Positions 17,547 through 31,689 of a stretch of 64,000 nucleotides of DNA are shown piece by piece. The notes below the pieces were generated by a model that was not told the origin of the DNA, ran no database searches, and saw only the letters and a list, made by a program, of their open reading frames with translations. Both the position numbers and the translations under genes were made by a program. Source of the stretch: Dictyostelium discoideum (taxonomy: Eukaryota); assembly GCA_000004695.1 (NCBI GenBank), contig CM000153.2, forward strand, positions 736,001 through 800,000, given 5' to 3'. Position 1 is the first letter of the stretch. Each line of letters opens with the position of its first letter.

Positions 17547-17868
17547 ATGAATTTTAATTTAAATTTAGAATATCTAAATAGTGATCCAAATTCTATCATT
17601 GAATATTTAACACAAATATGGAAAGAGGATGAATCATTAGGATATTATAAAGAATTTCTTGACGTTTGTTTGAAAATTGTTGCAGGTACCGATCAGCCAG
17701 AAACATTTTTCAAAGAATTAACTGATAAAAAACTTTTAAATTTCGGAGCATGTGAAACTAAATGGAGTTTCGGTGACTCTGCTTATAAATGTAGAACTTG
17801 TCAACTTGACCCAACAAGTGCATTATGTATTGCATGTTTTAAAGAAGGTGATCATGAAGGTCATGATT
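17547..17868 (+). CDS. UBR-box E3 ubiquitin ligase (N-recognin, UBR1/2/3-like) exon 1; first half of UBR box CRTCQLDPTSALCIACFKEGDHEGHD-
   Basis: ATG 17547; exon ends CAT GAT T + GTAAGT donor at 17869. Confidence 0.8.
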
Positions 17869-17967
17869 GTAAGTTAAATTTATTTATTATTTATTTTTTT
17901 TTTCCCCATATAAAATATTTTATACTAATTTTTTTTAAATTTTTTTTTTTTTTTTTTAAAAAAAAAG

Positions 17968-19174
17968 ATGCATTACAAAGTGTTGGAGGTGGATTTTGTG
18001 ATTGTGGTGATCCAGCAGCATTTAGACCAAATGGATTTTGTATTAAACATAAGGAACAAAAGATAGATATTAACAAGTATCCAGAAAGATTTATATTGGC
18101 ATTAAGTTTTGTAATACAGTTTATGTTGAAAAGGATATATGTGTTTTATGATAAGAATAATAGGGTATTGTTTGAAATGTTAATTGAATGGTTATTGAAA
18201 TTAGCACAACGTGGTGACATTATAAAGGTAGTGGTAATTAAATACATTAGTAACACAGACATTGGTAACACGAATTTATTACCACCATCACCATTTGCAG
18301 TACCATTGATTCAATTGTTCTATTCACCAGATTTACACGAATCAGTATCACGTTCAATGAAAGAGACAATCGCCAACTTTTGTGTGTTTTTACGTGGTTC
18401 AGTGGAATTTATCGAGTCGTTCATATCATTGATGTTACCAATTTACAAGAAATGTATCATCGAATGTAAGAAACATATCCTTTTATCATCATTTAGTATA
18501 TTTTCATCGACTGCAGTGGGTCCATTACTATTGTCAACCAACGCCGCTGAGATCGTGATGGATACTATCACAGAGTATTTTAGTAAACATTTTTATATTA
18601 GAGATGAATTCATTTCACCATCATCATCAGATTCAAAGTCAAAGAAAAAGAGATCATTACGTTTCAAAGATCCTTACCTTTATCCACAATTTAAACAATT
18701 GACAAAATTACATGAAACACCTTTAGCCACCCAAGTATTACGTACCGATATCTCTTTTATACTTGGTAATCAACCCGTTGCAAAGAGTGTCGTTGAGTCT
18801 AAACATCTTCTTTCCCTTTGGATCAATATGATTGCAATCGCTCAAGGTATGAATCCAAATGTTAAATATAAGATCACCTCCCCTGATGATTGGTCACCTG
18901 CTTTCAATGTTGATTTCTCCTTTAGTAATACCATTTTCTCCATAGTAAATTCAATATCACAAGATAAATTATCATTGGATCAAATTTTATTATTCTCAAC
19001 TCAATATCTTGGTAAATGGATTTTAGGTTGGTTAGAATATAGAAATAATTATCAAGTTGAAAAATTAAAAAGATTAGAAGAAAAAGAAAAAGAAGAAAAA
19101 GAAAAAGAAGAAAAAGAAAAAGAAATTGATTCAAAAGAATTAAAAACAACAACTACTACTACTACTAATACTAC

Positions 19175-19233
<59 letters not shown>

Positions 19234-21404
19234 CAATACCACATTATTTAACAAATATTAAACAATTATTATCATTACATTTAAAACGTGAAGGATTTTC
19301 ATTCCATTTACCATTACATAGATTAGTATCAGCTATTTTATTTAAATGTTTAAATAATGTTGAATTAGCAAAACAGTATAAAGATGATGGTGGTTTGAAA
19401 TCATTGTTTACTCAAATCATTGGTTCAGATTCATTGATTAGCATTTCAGATTATGCAAGAGGTACAACTTATCATCCATTCAAGATCATTGCCTCTTTAG
19501 GTGAAATTAAATCTGGTATGTGGAGATCACATGGTAGAGAAGAGGATATGACATTACAAACTGTCGTTTATCAAAGTTTACATTATCAAAAGTATTTCGA
19601 TTTAGATATTTTCTTAATTCAAATCGGTGCTGCAATTATGGGTTCAAATCAATTCATTCAACATGCTATCAATATCTATAATCTTGAAGATTGGTTTGAA
19701 ATTGAACCTTTTAATGGTTCATTAAATAAATCAACTGAGGGCACTCCTACTACCACCTCATCACAACCACCTTCAACTCCTTCAAAACAAACTTCATTAC
19801 GTAATAGTGCTGGTACTGTACCAACCACTCCTTCTCAATCTTCTTCAACTATAGTTCCAACTTTAGATACAATTGGTGAAACTACCACTACTACTACCAC
19901 CACAGCAACAACTACCACCACCACTGATGGTATAATTACAGAACCAAAAAAAGAAACTAAAGAAGAGAAAAAAATTAGAAAAGAAAAACAAAAGATTCAA
20001 GAAGATTTACAAAAGAGAAAAGGTTTAGCAGAGGATTTCTTACAAAATGTTATTATGTTTTCAACAAATAAATTAATGTGTGGTATGACAGAGGATCAAG
20101 TAATTAGAAAGGAGTTAATTCATAGATTATGTTTAGGTGATAATACTCATAGTCAATTGACAAGAGCAATCAAGAAGAAATTGGTTAATCATGAAAACTT
20201 TGAAACTATATTAAAGGAAATTTCAGTCTACCATCAACCACAAAAGACCGAACAAGGTAAATATCAATTACGTGAGCAATGTTGGTCAGAGTTTGATCCA
20301 TACTTTTCACATTACAACACTCAAGATTTACAAACTGCCGAAGAGAGATACTCTGAATTTCAATCCAAAACCAAGTCAAATATCGCTCGTGGTACCTATA
20401 TAAATTATCAAACTTCACCTTGTTTCGAAGAGATTGATCAATTACTTTGCTCAAAGACTTTACATCAAATCGTTTTCACTATCTTACAAAACCAATTGGT
20501 GGATGGTGCAAAATCAACTGATACCATATTCACCCATTGTTTACACGCTTTGGAGTTATGTATCAATCAAACTTTGGCCAATCCAGAGTTGAAGGCTGAA
20601 GCTATCAGCTCTGCAATCGTGGTTCAAACACCTTCAAAACAAACACCATTGGTTAAACCATCTTCTGCAACTCCACCAACTTCAATTCCAAAGAATTATT
20701 CAGAGATTGAATTACCATCTAAAAAGAATATCTTTTTGAATGCTTTTGTCGATGTTCCAGTTTCAGAGCAAAAGAGATTCTCTTTGATCATTTTATTGGT
20801 AAAACTTACAACCTCTCAACAAATCAATGCCGATCATAAACAACAAATTCAAAATATCATTAACATCTTGATGGAGAATAATGTCAATTGTAAACAAACC
20901 ATTGAAAATTATTGGGCTGCAATTAAAGCAAAGAAACAACCACAATCTGCACGTAAAGAGGATCCAGAGGAAGAAAAGAAACGTTTAGCTCGTGCTAGAC
21001 AAGCAGCGATTTTAGCTCAAATGAAAACTCAACAATCTGCTTTCAAATTTGAAGATGGTGAAGATGATGAAGATTACGAAGATGATTATGAAGATGCTAG
21101 CACAAAAGGTTCATCAGCTAGCGCAGCACATAAAGATAAAAAACAAAAACAAAAAGAATCAAATGCATTGGTTGTTGATGGTCATGAATCCATTACAACT
21201 TGTGCACTTTGTCGTGAACCAGGTTCATTGGATCGTCCAATGGGTAGAGTTGCTTTCATTCAACCATCTTCAATCATTATGTTATCAAAATTAACACCTG
21301 AAGAAAGAAAGAAACGTATGACTGAAGCAATAATGAAAGAACTTTATCAAGGTGTAAAAGGTAGAGAAACTATAATTTCAAATAATGATAATATAATTAA
21401 TTTA

Positions 21405-21441
<37 letters not shown>

Positions 21442-24191
21442 TTAACAACAATAATAATAATAATAATAATAATAACAATAATAATGTAAATAGTATTAAT
21501 AACAATATTGGAGGTATTCCAATTGTAAATAATGGTAATGATGGTGGTGTTAATGGTTTAACAGATTATATTCATCCAGATATGGATGAAATGGATGGTG
21601 ATGATATGGGTGATGTTGATATGGGTGGTATGGCAGTTGAGGATGATGGAGAGGATGATAGTGAGGATGAAGTAAATAAAGCTATCTCTTTCCTTAATCG
21701 TGTTTCACATTCAAATGATTTCATGGGTGGATTTGGTGATTTCGAAGATGGTATGGGTATGGATATTGAAGGTGGTGATGATGATGATGATGACGATGAT
21801 GACGCCGAAGATGATGATATGATGATGGGTGAATTGGGTGGAGTTCGTCACCATCACCACCATCATCATGGTGAGGAAGATGAAGATGGTGAAGAAGATG
21901 AAGATGGTGAAGAAGATGAAGGATCAGATTCAGATTCAGATTTGGATTTAGAAGATTTAAATGGTTCCGACGATTCAGATGATGAATTTGATTTTGGTGA
22001 TGAAGAAGGATCTGATGAATATATTTTAGAAGACGGTATGCCACGTTTACGTAGATTGGCCGGTACAAGTACTCAACAAGGAACTACTAGTACTAATAAC
22101 ACCACTGCAACATCAACCAATGATATAGCTCAAACTTTATTGAGAGCTCTAGAAAGAATACCAACAGGTACAGGAAATGTTAATAGTCGTAATATCATTA
22201 GCCAATTAACAACTCAATTATCACAAGGTAACGCAAGAGTACACATTCAAGCAAGAGATAACAATGGTAGAGCATTTTCAGAGATTAATTTTGATCAACT
22301 TCTTAGCCAATTAAATAATCAAACAAATGTTCCAATCTCTGTTCATGATAATGGTCGTAATAGAGCATCTGTAACTCTTCAATTAAATTCAACTCCTCCA
22401 ACTACAACTACCACCACAGCAACTTCACCAGCAACAACAACAACTACAACAACTACTACAGCAACAGCACCAAAACCAAATGATAATGGTGGTAGTGATG
22501 ATGAGGATTCAGATGATATGGGTGATATTGATGGGGATGATGAAGATGACTTATTTGGAGATGACGATGATTTCTTCTTTGATGATGATGAAGCAAACGA
22601 TGATGTTTTCCTTAAATTTGATGCAGCAACTGAACCAGTCACAGGTAAACCATGGTCAAATAAATTTAGTAAACAAGAAATCTTTAGAAACATTGAGGAA
22701 TCAGTAAACCTTAATTTATCATTCTGTGGTCATCAAATTCATGAAAGTTGTTTCTCTGAATACTCTTGGTCATTGTTAAAGAATAATGAAGGTGTTGAAT
22801 ATGTCGATCCAGAAAAGAATGAATTCCTTTGTGTATTATGCCGTAGAATTGGTAATGCGATCGTACCAGTTGTACCAGATTCAGGATTTTGTTCACACGA
22901 ACATACCGCATCACCACAACCAATCATCACACCAGCAATGGCAAGAAATAATAAGAATAAAGATGTTCAATGTTATTCCGAATTTTATCAAGCATTGGGT
23001 AATAGATTAATGGGTAAAGATGAAGAGCATAAAAAAGCATTGGATGCTCCAAACCCACAACCATTAAGAAATATTAGACAAGCAATCGATCAATTCTCAT
23101 CCAGAGTCTATGGTGTTAGATATGATTTGAATTTCTATAAATCAAAATCTGATGCAACCGTCATACCATTCCTTTGTTCATCTTTAGCTTCAACCATTGC
23201 AAGCACTGAACTTTCAATTCGTGTTCATGATCCAGAACAACAACAACAACAGCAACAACAACAACAACAATCAAGTCTTTATCCATTATTCTCAATGAGT
23301 GATTCAAATCGTGTTGACCTTCGTTCACTCTTTAGATATATGATTGTTCATTCACATATGTATCCATCATTGGCATATCAAGGTCAATTACTTTGGAAAT
23401 CAATATCTGGTTCACAACATACTCAATTATTACCAACTGAAGAGGAGTTGGAAGAAATTGAAAGAAAAGAAAATGAAGAAAAAGAAAAACTTTCAAAAGC
23501 AAAACTTGATCAAAAAGAAAAAGAGAAAGAAAGAGAGAAAGAAAAAGAAAAGAATGAGAGAGAAAGAACTCAAAAACTTTATCCAGAGGTTTATGATCAA
23601 GGTGTTTATGGTGAGGCATTCCCACCATTACTTTCATTAGATCTTTTCAATACTTTTATTCAAGTGTTTTTAAGATACTCTGATACTAATCTTTCATTGA
23701 ATGTTGAGAAATTCTATATGGTAGCAAGAATGTTTTATGATGCATCAATTACTCAATCGATTTTACAACATTTCAAAACCACCGATACTACTTTCACCAC
23801 CGATGATACCTATGTATCAACCATTAACAATTTAATCACAACAACCTATGAAACAGTAACACCAATCTTATCAATTCCACCAGTTCATTTGACTGCAATT
23901 AAAACTAATTCTCTAATCTTTTTAAGAAGATTATCAATCTTTTTGTTTAGTTGTTTAAAGATTGATCCAATCTCTTCAAATCAAACTACATTGGATGGTG
24001 AAATCGATTATTTAGTTGATTATTTAAATTTACCATCATTTGATCAACATTGTTTATCAGTTTTAAATGCTATCACTTCTCATACTGAAAATATTGTACC
24101 ATTGGTTTCAACTTGGACTGAACAAATATTATTTATTTCTGCTATTACTTCAAGTGTTGAAGATTCAAAAAATAATGTTGAAGATTTATCA

Positions 24192-24235
<44 letters not shown>

Positions 24236-24773
24236 AACTACTACAACAACTACTACTACAACTTCACCAAATGATAATCAAACTGTAGTTTCTTCACCAA
24301 TAAAACAATCAATTTTACCAAATCCATCAATTCCAAATCCATTCCTATTAATTCAATTACCAGAACAATACAATATTGTATCACAATATTATTCATCAAT
24401 TCCATGCCTTCAATGTAAAACCATTTCAAATAATCAAGCACTTTGTTTGGTTTGTGGTACATTATGTTGTTTGGGTGGTTGTTGTAAGAGATTCTTTGAT
24501 CAAAAGAGTGAAGCTGTTTTACATGCTGAAAAATGTAATGCTGGAACTGGTATTTTCTTACTTATCAAAACTAGTTCAACTTTATTAATTCATTTACCAA
24601 GAAAAACTTTATGGATTTCTCCTTATCTTGATGATCATGGTGAGGAAGATCCAAACTTAAGAAGAGGTAGACCATTACTTTTAAATGCTAATCGTTATAG
24701 TCAATTAAATTCATTACTCGTTAAACATCAAATCGATCAAGACTCAAAGATTGCAGAAATGTCTCAAAGATAA
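17968..24773 (+). CDS. UBR-box E3 ligase exon 2: rest of UBR box (Y-ALQSVGGGFCDCGD), long helical regions, RING-H2-like CGHQIHESC..CVLC, UBR C-terminal Cys/His-rich autoinhibitory-type domain; many low-complexity inserts (polyQ, polyN, polyT, His7, acidic)
   Basis: acceptor AAAAAAAAG at 17967; 99-nt intron is stop-free and in frame so the ORF track reads through it; splicing restores canonical GHDY..GGGFCDCGD spacing; C-terminal ..CLQCK..CLVCGTLCCLGGCC..H..C..RGRPLLL..RY motif typical of UBR1-family C-termini. Confidence 0.8.
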
Positions 24774-24787
24774 ATTCAAATATCTCT

Positions 24788-24829
<42 letters not shown>

Positions 24830-24907
24830 TTAATAAACATAAAATTTATATATATATAAAAAAAAAAAAAAAAAAGATTTTATTTTATTAAATAATTTTT
24901 TTTTTTA

Positions 24908-26889
24908 TTAACTATTAAAAAATTTAATTATTTCATTATTAATAAAAGTTATTGATTTATTTCTTTTATTTTTTAATTGTAAATTTGAAAAAGTTGTTTT
25001 GTTGTGTAAATATCCTAATGAATGTGTTGGTTGACTTTTAATAAAATCTTTAATATATTTACAATTACCTGTACTAATTACATGATTGATATCATTAATT
25101 GGATTGAAAAGACTAATTAATTTTATTTCAGATTGAAATCCTACCAAAGTGTTATTTGTTATTAAACCATTTCTATATAGATTATAAATAAATTTACGTT
25201 GTTTAAAATTCCTATAAATATCCAAACCAATTGAAATTTCAATTTTTGGTTTTGATTCTTCTAAAGAATTATTATATTCAATTAATTTTTGAATGGAATA
25301 ATAAAATAAATAACCAGATTCCCATTCATTTAATTCAGAGATATTATTTAATGAACCACTAAATCTATAACCAAGTTTTTCATACATAAACTTTGCAACT
25401 TGAATAGTTTCACTATGATTAATTGATGTTTGTTTATTAATTCCTCCAATATTATTATCGTGAATATATTCTATAAAATTTAAATTATTTGATTTTATAA
25501 TTAATTTACTAATTGATTCATGATCCCATATAAAAAGATCTCTATTATTTTCATAAAAATATTTAAAAATATTTTCATTACCAACTAATAAATTACCATT
25601 TAAATATTCTGGTTTTGTTGAAATATTTGAAAAATAATAAGATTTTATTATTAATGCAATTTTTTTGAAATTTTCATTATCGTCACCACTATCACTATCA
25701 CCACCGTCTCCATCACCATTTGTCTTTAGTTTATCTTGTGTATTATTGTTTATTATATGTTTAAAAATTGTTTCTTTAATATTTGTATTATACTTAAATA
25801 AAACATCTAAAAAATTTAATTGCTTTGATATTGGAGTGGTTTTTGGGTTGAAAAATAGATCTTGTGGTAATTTTATTAAATGAGATATAGCTAATCCTCT
25901 ACTATGATCAAAATGATAACCCTCTTTAAATAAATCCTTTATTCTATCAATTATTTGGGAATCTGCATATTTCATTGATACATCAATAATCATTGAACTA
26001 GTTACATCATTATTTATCCATTGACTGTTTATTTCTTCAAATAAATAATTATAATCACCATATTGACAAATAAAATTTAAAATTAATTTTACCCAATCTT
26101 CATTTGTTAATAATACCATATCTTTAACTTTTTTTAAAAATTCAAATAAAAATATTCTTTTTATTTCTCTTTCAAATATAAAATTATTATTATTATTTAA
26201 ATTATTATTAATAAGATTATTTATTTTATTTAAAGTTTCAGAATAGTAAAGTGAATCTGATTTTTGGATTTGTGATAAAAGGTATAATCCATTTTGTAAA
26301 TGATTTAAAAAGGTATTAAATGTTATTAATTGATTATTATGGTGATTATAGGTTATAAACTGAGAACAATTGACAGTTATTGAACTAAATTTATTTGTTA
26401 CTGAATTTTGTTTAAATCTATCTAATAAAGATTCAACCCAACCCATATTATATAACCTTTTAAATAGATTAAACTCTAAAAGTATTAATTTATAATTATT
26501 ATTATCATTAAGTTTTTTTGATTTTGGTGATAATTTTAATTCATCTAATAAATAACTTAATACTTCATTTCTATTTGGTAATTCTAATACATTTGAAATT
26601 AATAGTAACTCTTGTTGTAAATTTTTTTTATTTAAATAATTTTTTTTATTTTTAACAATTTCATTATTAATATATTTTATAATATCCAAATTACCGCATT
26701 TGAATGCTAAATCTAATAATATTGAACTATCTTCAACTATTTCTTGATTAATAATAATATCTTTATGAATTATTTTAACAAATTCTAAATTATTTGTACT
26801 TATAGAGAATGAAAATAATTTATTTTCACCATTCTTTAAAAAAAGTGCTTTTATTTGTTTTTTATTCTTTTGATAAAATTTATTTAAAA

Positions 26890-26962
<73 letters not shown>

Positions 26963-27256
26963 TTTATTTATTAAATGTTGAATAAAAAGTTTTAATTCAT
27001 TTTCTTCAATTTCATTCTCTTCAAATTCTATACCAATTTTAACTTTATCATATAATAGTTCAAAAAAATTATTTTTTATCATCCAACAAAATGTTGCTTC
27101 ATCAAATCTTAATCTTTGTGTATAACTCTTATTTTTAATATTACTATTGGTAATTTGTCGATTTATACCTCTAACGATTTTAAATATTTTTTTTAATAAA
27201 AATATATTATTAAAAACTGATTTATATAATGTATAGATTTTATCACTGCATTCCAT
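24908..27256 (-). CDS. lineage-specific protein family member A (782 aa) with degenerate ankyrin-like repeats; tandem paralogue of next gene
   Basis: single ORF from ATG 27256; shares N-terminal motif ..YKSVFNNIFLLKKIFKIVRGINRQ.TNS, internal (AAT)n poly-Asn, ANK-like A.K.GNL.IIKY motifs and C-terminal ..NEN/MIFKY..N..LF.W...IS..IIKS.NL..IE.IH.N.IG..region with 27555-30074. Confidence 0.75.
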
Positions 27257-27324
27257 ATTTAATCAATAACTTGTTGTGGTAATATTATTGAAAAAAAAAA
27301 AAAAAAATTAAAAAAAAATTTAAA

Positions 27325-27356
<32 letters not shown>

Positions 27357-27554
27357 TGAAACCTTCAAATGGGTGTTTATTATTAGATTCACTTTATTAA
27401 TTTTATAAATCTTAATTTTTTAAACAAATGAATATTAAATAGTATTATTAAAAACATGTAATTAATTAAAAATCAAAAATTTAAAAAAATCAAAAAAAAA
27501 AAAAATTAATTAAAAATACATTATTTTATTATTTTTTTTTTTTAAAAAATATGT

Positions 27555-29178
27555 TTATAATCTTGAGGTTTTAATATTAAAATAATTAATTATAAAGTTA
27601 TTATTTACAGGGAAAGATTTACAAAAATTATCATCAAATATTATTTTTGAATTATTTTCTTTAATGTATTGATTTATATATGATAAATTACCAAATTTTT
27701 TTAAAGATTCTAATGAGTTTAAAGAGTTTAAAAATTCATTTACTTGATTATCACCAATTGAAATGTTATTAAAATTTAATTTCCCATCAATGATTAATTT
27801 TGATAAAAATTTCAATTTTTTATAATCATTTCCTACTTTATTACTTGTGATAATTAATAAATTACTTGAAGAATCTGATTGATTATCTTTAATGATTTTA
27901 TTAATTGCATAATAAAATAAATAATTTGAATTCCAATCATTTAGATTTGAAATATCAATAAGTTGACTATCGAATTTATAACCCAATTTTTCATACATTA
28001 ATTCAGCAACTTGTCTAGTTTTACAATGATTAATTGAAGAATTTAAATCCAATGAACCAATTTCATTATTATGAATAAATTCAATTAATTCTAAATTACT
28101 TGATTTAATTATTGATTCACTAATATTCTTATCATTCCAATCAAATAATTCATAATGATTTTTAAAATAATATTTAAAAATCATTTCATTTCCAGTAAAT
28201 AAATTTGCAGTTAGTTTCGTAGTAGTACTACTACTGGTGGTGGTAGTGCTAGTGGTAGAATTGTAATTTTTAATAATTTCAATAATTTTATTTGCATGGT
28301 CGACAATTGTTAAATCAATAAAATTATCAAATATATTCTTTAAAATGATTTCTTTACATTGGAAATTATATTTGTAAATGGTTTCAATAAATATTAATTG
28401 TTGATTGATATTAACTAATTTTGGATTATAATAATAATTGTTTGTTGATGTGTCATTGTGATGTCTAACATATGATTCATCTAAATAACGTTGAAAATAT
28501 TGTTCATAAAATGTTGGTATAACTTCAATGAAATTTGGGTCACCATGTTGTACAGCTATTTGGATAACCAATGATGAAAACATTTTCTCTGGTGATTTTA
28601 ATTTTACATTTATATCTTCAATCTTTTTAATATTTAATTCATCTTGAATTAAATTATATTCTTGACTTTCTCTTGAATAATTTAATATAATAAGTGTCCA
28701 TTCATCTTGTGAAAATATTAATTCTTTAATTTCTTTTAAAAAATCAATTAAAATAATTCTTTTTAATTGAATTTCAATTTTATTTCCACTAAAATTAATT
28801 TCATCATCATCATCACTATTAATTTCAACAATTGATTTAACTTTATTTGAAATTACTGATTTAATATTTGAAAATAAATTTGTTATTTTAAATTCTGCCT
28901 GTTGTTCATATTTCTCATTTTGCTGGTCTTCTTCTTGTTGTTGGTCTTGTTGTTGTAATAATTTATTTATATTTTTTAAAGGCTGACAATATTTAGATTT
29001 AATAGTTGATAAAAATAAAATTGTATTTTGGAAAAAATTTAAAACATTATTAAATGGAATAAAATCTTTTCCATTATTATAATTTATTAAATATTTTGAA
29101 TAAAGTCTAATTCTTGTGCAAAGTTTACTAATTATTAAATCATGTGAACTTTTATTAATAATAAAATTATTATTATTA

Positions 29179-29213
<35 letters not shown>

Positions 29214-30074
29214 GGTTGGTATTGAAATTAAACCAATTTCAAATAACTTTTTAAATAATGATGATTCTAAATTAAAAAAATCAGTGAATAATGATTTTGG
29301 ATCGTATGGATAATTATCATCTCTTTCCGATTTTATTGGTTTGAAATTAATTTCATTTAATAAATATTTAATTATTTTGTTTTTATTATTAATAGTAGTG
29401 GTTGATGCAATTATATTATTTATTGTTTTCTCTCTGTCAACAAATTCAATACCTAATGTATTATGAACAAATTTAATTATTTCTAAATTTCCATTCTTTA
29501 TTGCACTATCCATTAGAAAGTTAAATGGGTTATTCGTTTTTTCAAGTTTAAATTCTTTATTTATAAACTCTTGTTGATATATTATTTCAATAAAATCCAA
29601 ATTTTGTGAATCTACTGCAAATTTTAAAATTCCATCTATCGAAGCCAATTCTTTAATTAATTTTTTATTTGTTTCATAAAATGTATTTAAAATTTCTTTT
29701 GTAATAATTAATGATGGTGTTGATGTTGGTGTTGGTGTTGGTGTTGGTGATGTTGATGATGTTGATGATGTTGATGTTAATGTTAAAAATAATGAAATGT
29801 TTGGTAACGTGAAATCATCATTTTCTTCTTTAAATTGTTTACCAATTTTGATTTTATCTTTTAATAATTGAAAATGAGCATTTTTAACCATCCAAATAAA
29901 TGTTGCTTCATTGTATCTACATCTTTGTGTGAATGATTTATTTTCTATCATACTATTTGTAAATTGTCTGTTTATACCTCTAACAAATTTATAAATCTTT
30001 TTACATAAATAAATATCATTAAATACTAATTTATATAATTTATAAATGTCAAATCTATGAGAACTAACAACCAT
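27555..30074 (-). CDS. lineage-specific protein family member B (839 aa), paralogue of 24908-27256
   Basis: single ORF from ATG 30074; colinear similarity to upstream paralogue at N-terminus, middle and C-terminus; PT-rich linker; poly-Asn. Confidence 0.75.
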
Positions 30075-30652
30075 TTTTTATTTTTTATTTTTTATTTTTT
30101 ATTTTTTTTATTCAAGATTAAGAAATATAATAATAAAAAAAAAAAAAAAAAAAAAATTCCATAAAAAATATGGAAATTCAAAAAAAAAATTAAAATAAAA
30201 ATTAAAAAAAAAAATAGATATTTTTTTTTTTTTTTTCAAATAAAAGAACCACATATGCAAATATTGGTTTGTTTTGTTTGTGTGTTTTAAAACACCTTTT
30301 TCAAATGACTCATTATCTATTTTTAACTTTTTTTAAAAAATAACACATCATTCAAAAATATCTAAGAACATTAAAAATATATTTATCATTTTTAAAAAAA
30401 AAAAATAAATGATTATTTATTAATTTATTTATTTATTTAATAATAAATGGTGAATGGAAAAAAAAAGAAATTGTTTTTTTTTATTTTCCCCCACTGAATG
30501 TGTTCGAATCACGCCAAAAAGTTTTTATTTTATTTTATTTTTTTTCTTTTTTTTTTTTTTTTTTTTTTATCCCCACCAAATTATTTTTTTTATTGGGTGT
30601 TTCAAAACTTTTTTTAATTATTTAATATAAAAAAAAAAAAGGAAAAAAAGGA

Positions 30653-31474
30653 ATGTCAAATGTTTTATTTTTTATTTCTTTATATTTATTATCGAATAGT
30701 TTTGTAAATTCTCAAGGATCTCCATCTAGTTGTACTTTTAATGGTATAAATTATGGTTCATTAAGTAATGGTAGTTATTCAGCATTAAGTGCAGCCTCAA
30801 GTGTAAATCCTCAAGGTAAATATAGATACTATTGGAATATATGCGGTGATGCAACTCAATGTAAATCATATGGGAGTTGGTCAGCATGTCAACTTCAAGT
30901 TGGTTCAACAGGTAATCCAAATCCTGTAGGTTTAACAAGTCTTGGTTCATTTGGTACATCAAACTCAGGTGATACACAATTAAAATACACCACATCCTTA
31001 AAATGCGCAAATGGAAATAATAGAACTTTTATTATGACATTTACCTGTTCTAATAATCAAGTAATTTCATCCTCATTAGTTTCAGAGAATAATTGTATTT
31101 ATACTGTAGAAATGAGTGGAAACATTTTTTGTCCCACTCCAACTCCAACTCCAACTCCAACTCCAACTCCTACTCCTAATCCAACTTCAAATGTAACCTG
31201 TAAATCATCCAATGGAATTTCAATAACTAGTTCAGATATCATTACATGTATTGGATATGGTCAATCAATATGTACAACATCATCAGGCTATTCATGTGAA
31301 ACCAATCAAACTAATGGAGTTCTTAAATGTATTTCACCTGATAATTCAATTTCATGTATTGGTAATCAATTCTATTGTTATACTCAATCTTATACATGCT
31401 CAGTTGATTTTAAATCTTATGATGGATTACAAGTGAATGGTAAAATCATTAATTCAACTTATTTTTCATCATAA
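30653..31474 (+). CDS. secreted Cys-rich protein: signal peptide, MRH-like (mannose-6-phosphate receptor homology-like) beta-sandwich domain, (PT)n linker, second Cys-rich module
   Basis: ATG 30653, hydrophobic N-terminus ending SFVNSQG; Cys spacing YRYYWNICGD..C..C...C.NGNNRTFIMTFTC...CIYTVEMSGNIFCP resembles MRH/glucosidase-II-beta lectin domain; PTPTPTPTPTPTPTPNPT linker. Confidence 0.65.
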   Translation: MSNVLFFISLYLLSNSFVNSQGSPSSCTFNGINYGSLSNGSYSALSAASSVNPQGKYRYYWNICGDATQCKSYGSWSACQLQVGSTGNPNPVGLTSLGSFGTSNSGDTQLKYTTSLKCANGNNRTFIMTFTCSNNQVISSSLVSENNCIYTVEMSGNIFCPTPTPTPTPTPTPTPNPTSNVTCKSSNGISITSSDIITCIGYGQSICTTSSGYSCETNQTNGVLKCISPDNSISCIGNQFYCYTQSYTCSVDFKSYDGLQVNGKIINSTYFSS

Positions 31475-31689
31475 TTTACTTCAAAATGCTCCTTTTTACG
31501 ATGCCAAGTAATTCATTAAAAACTTAAAAAGTAATAAAAAATAGCTTATATTTATTTAAATATTAATTCTAATTTTAAAAGGTTTTTTAAACATTTGATT
31601 AAAATATTTAAAAAAATTTTTTTTTTTTTTTTTTTTTTTTTGGTTTTATTTTCAAGAAGAAAATTTTTTTTTTTTTTTTTTTTTCTTGA

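Noticed and set aside
20206-24588. Small ORFs on both strands inside the UBR ligase gene (e.g. 20206-20454, 21721-22068, 22379-22930, 23332-23640, 24067-24588)
   Set aside because: Embedded in a well-supported 2375-aa reading frame with conserved UBR features; low-complexity or antisense artefacts.
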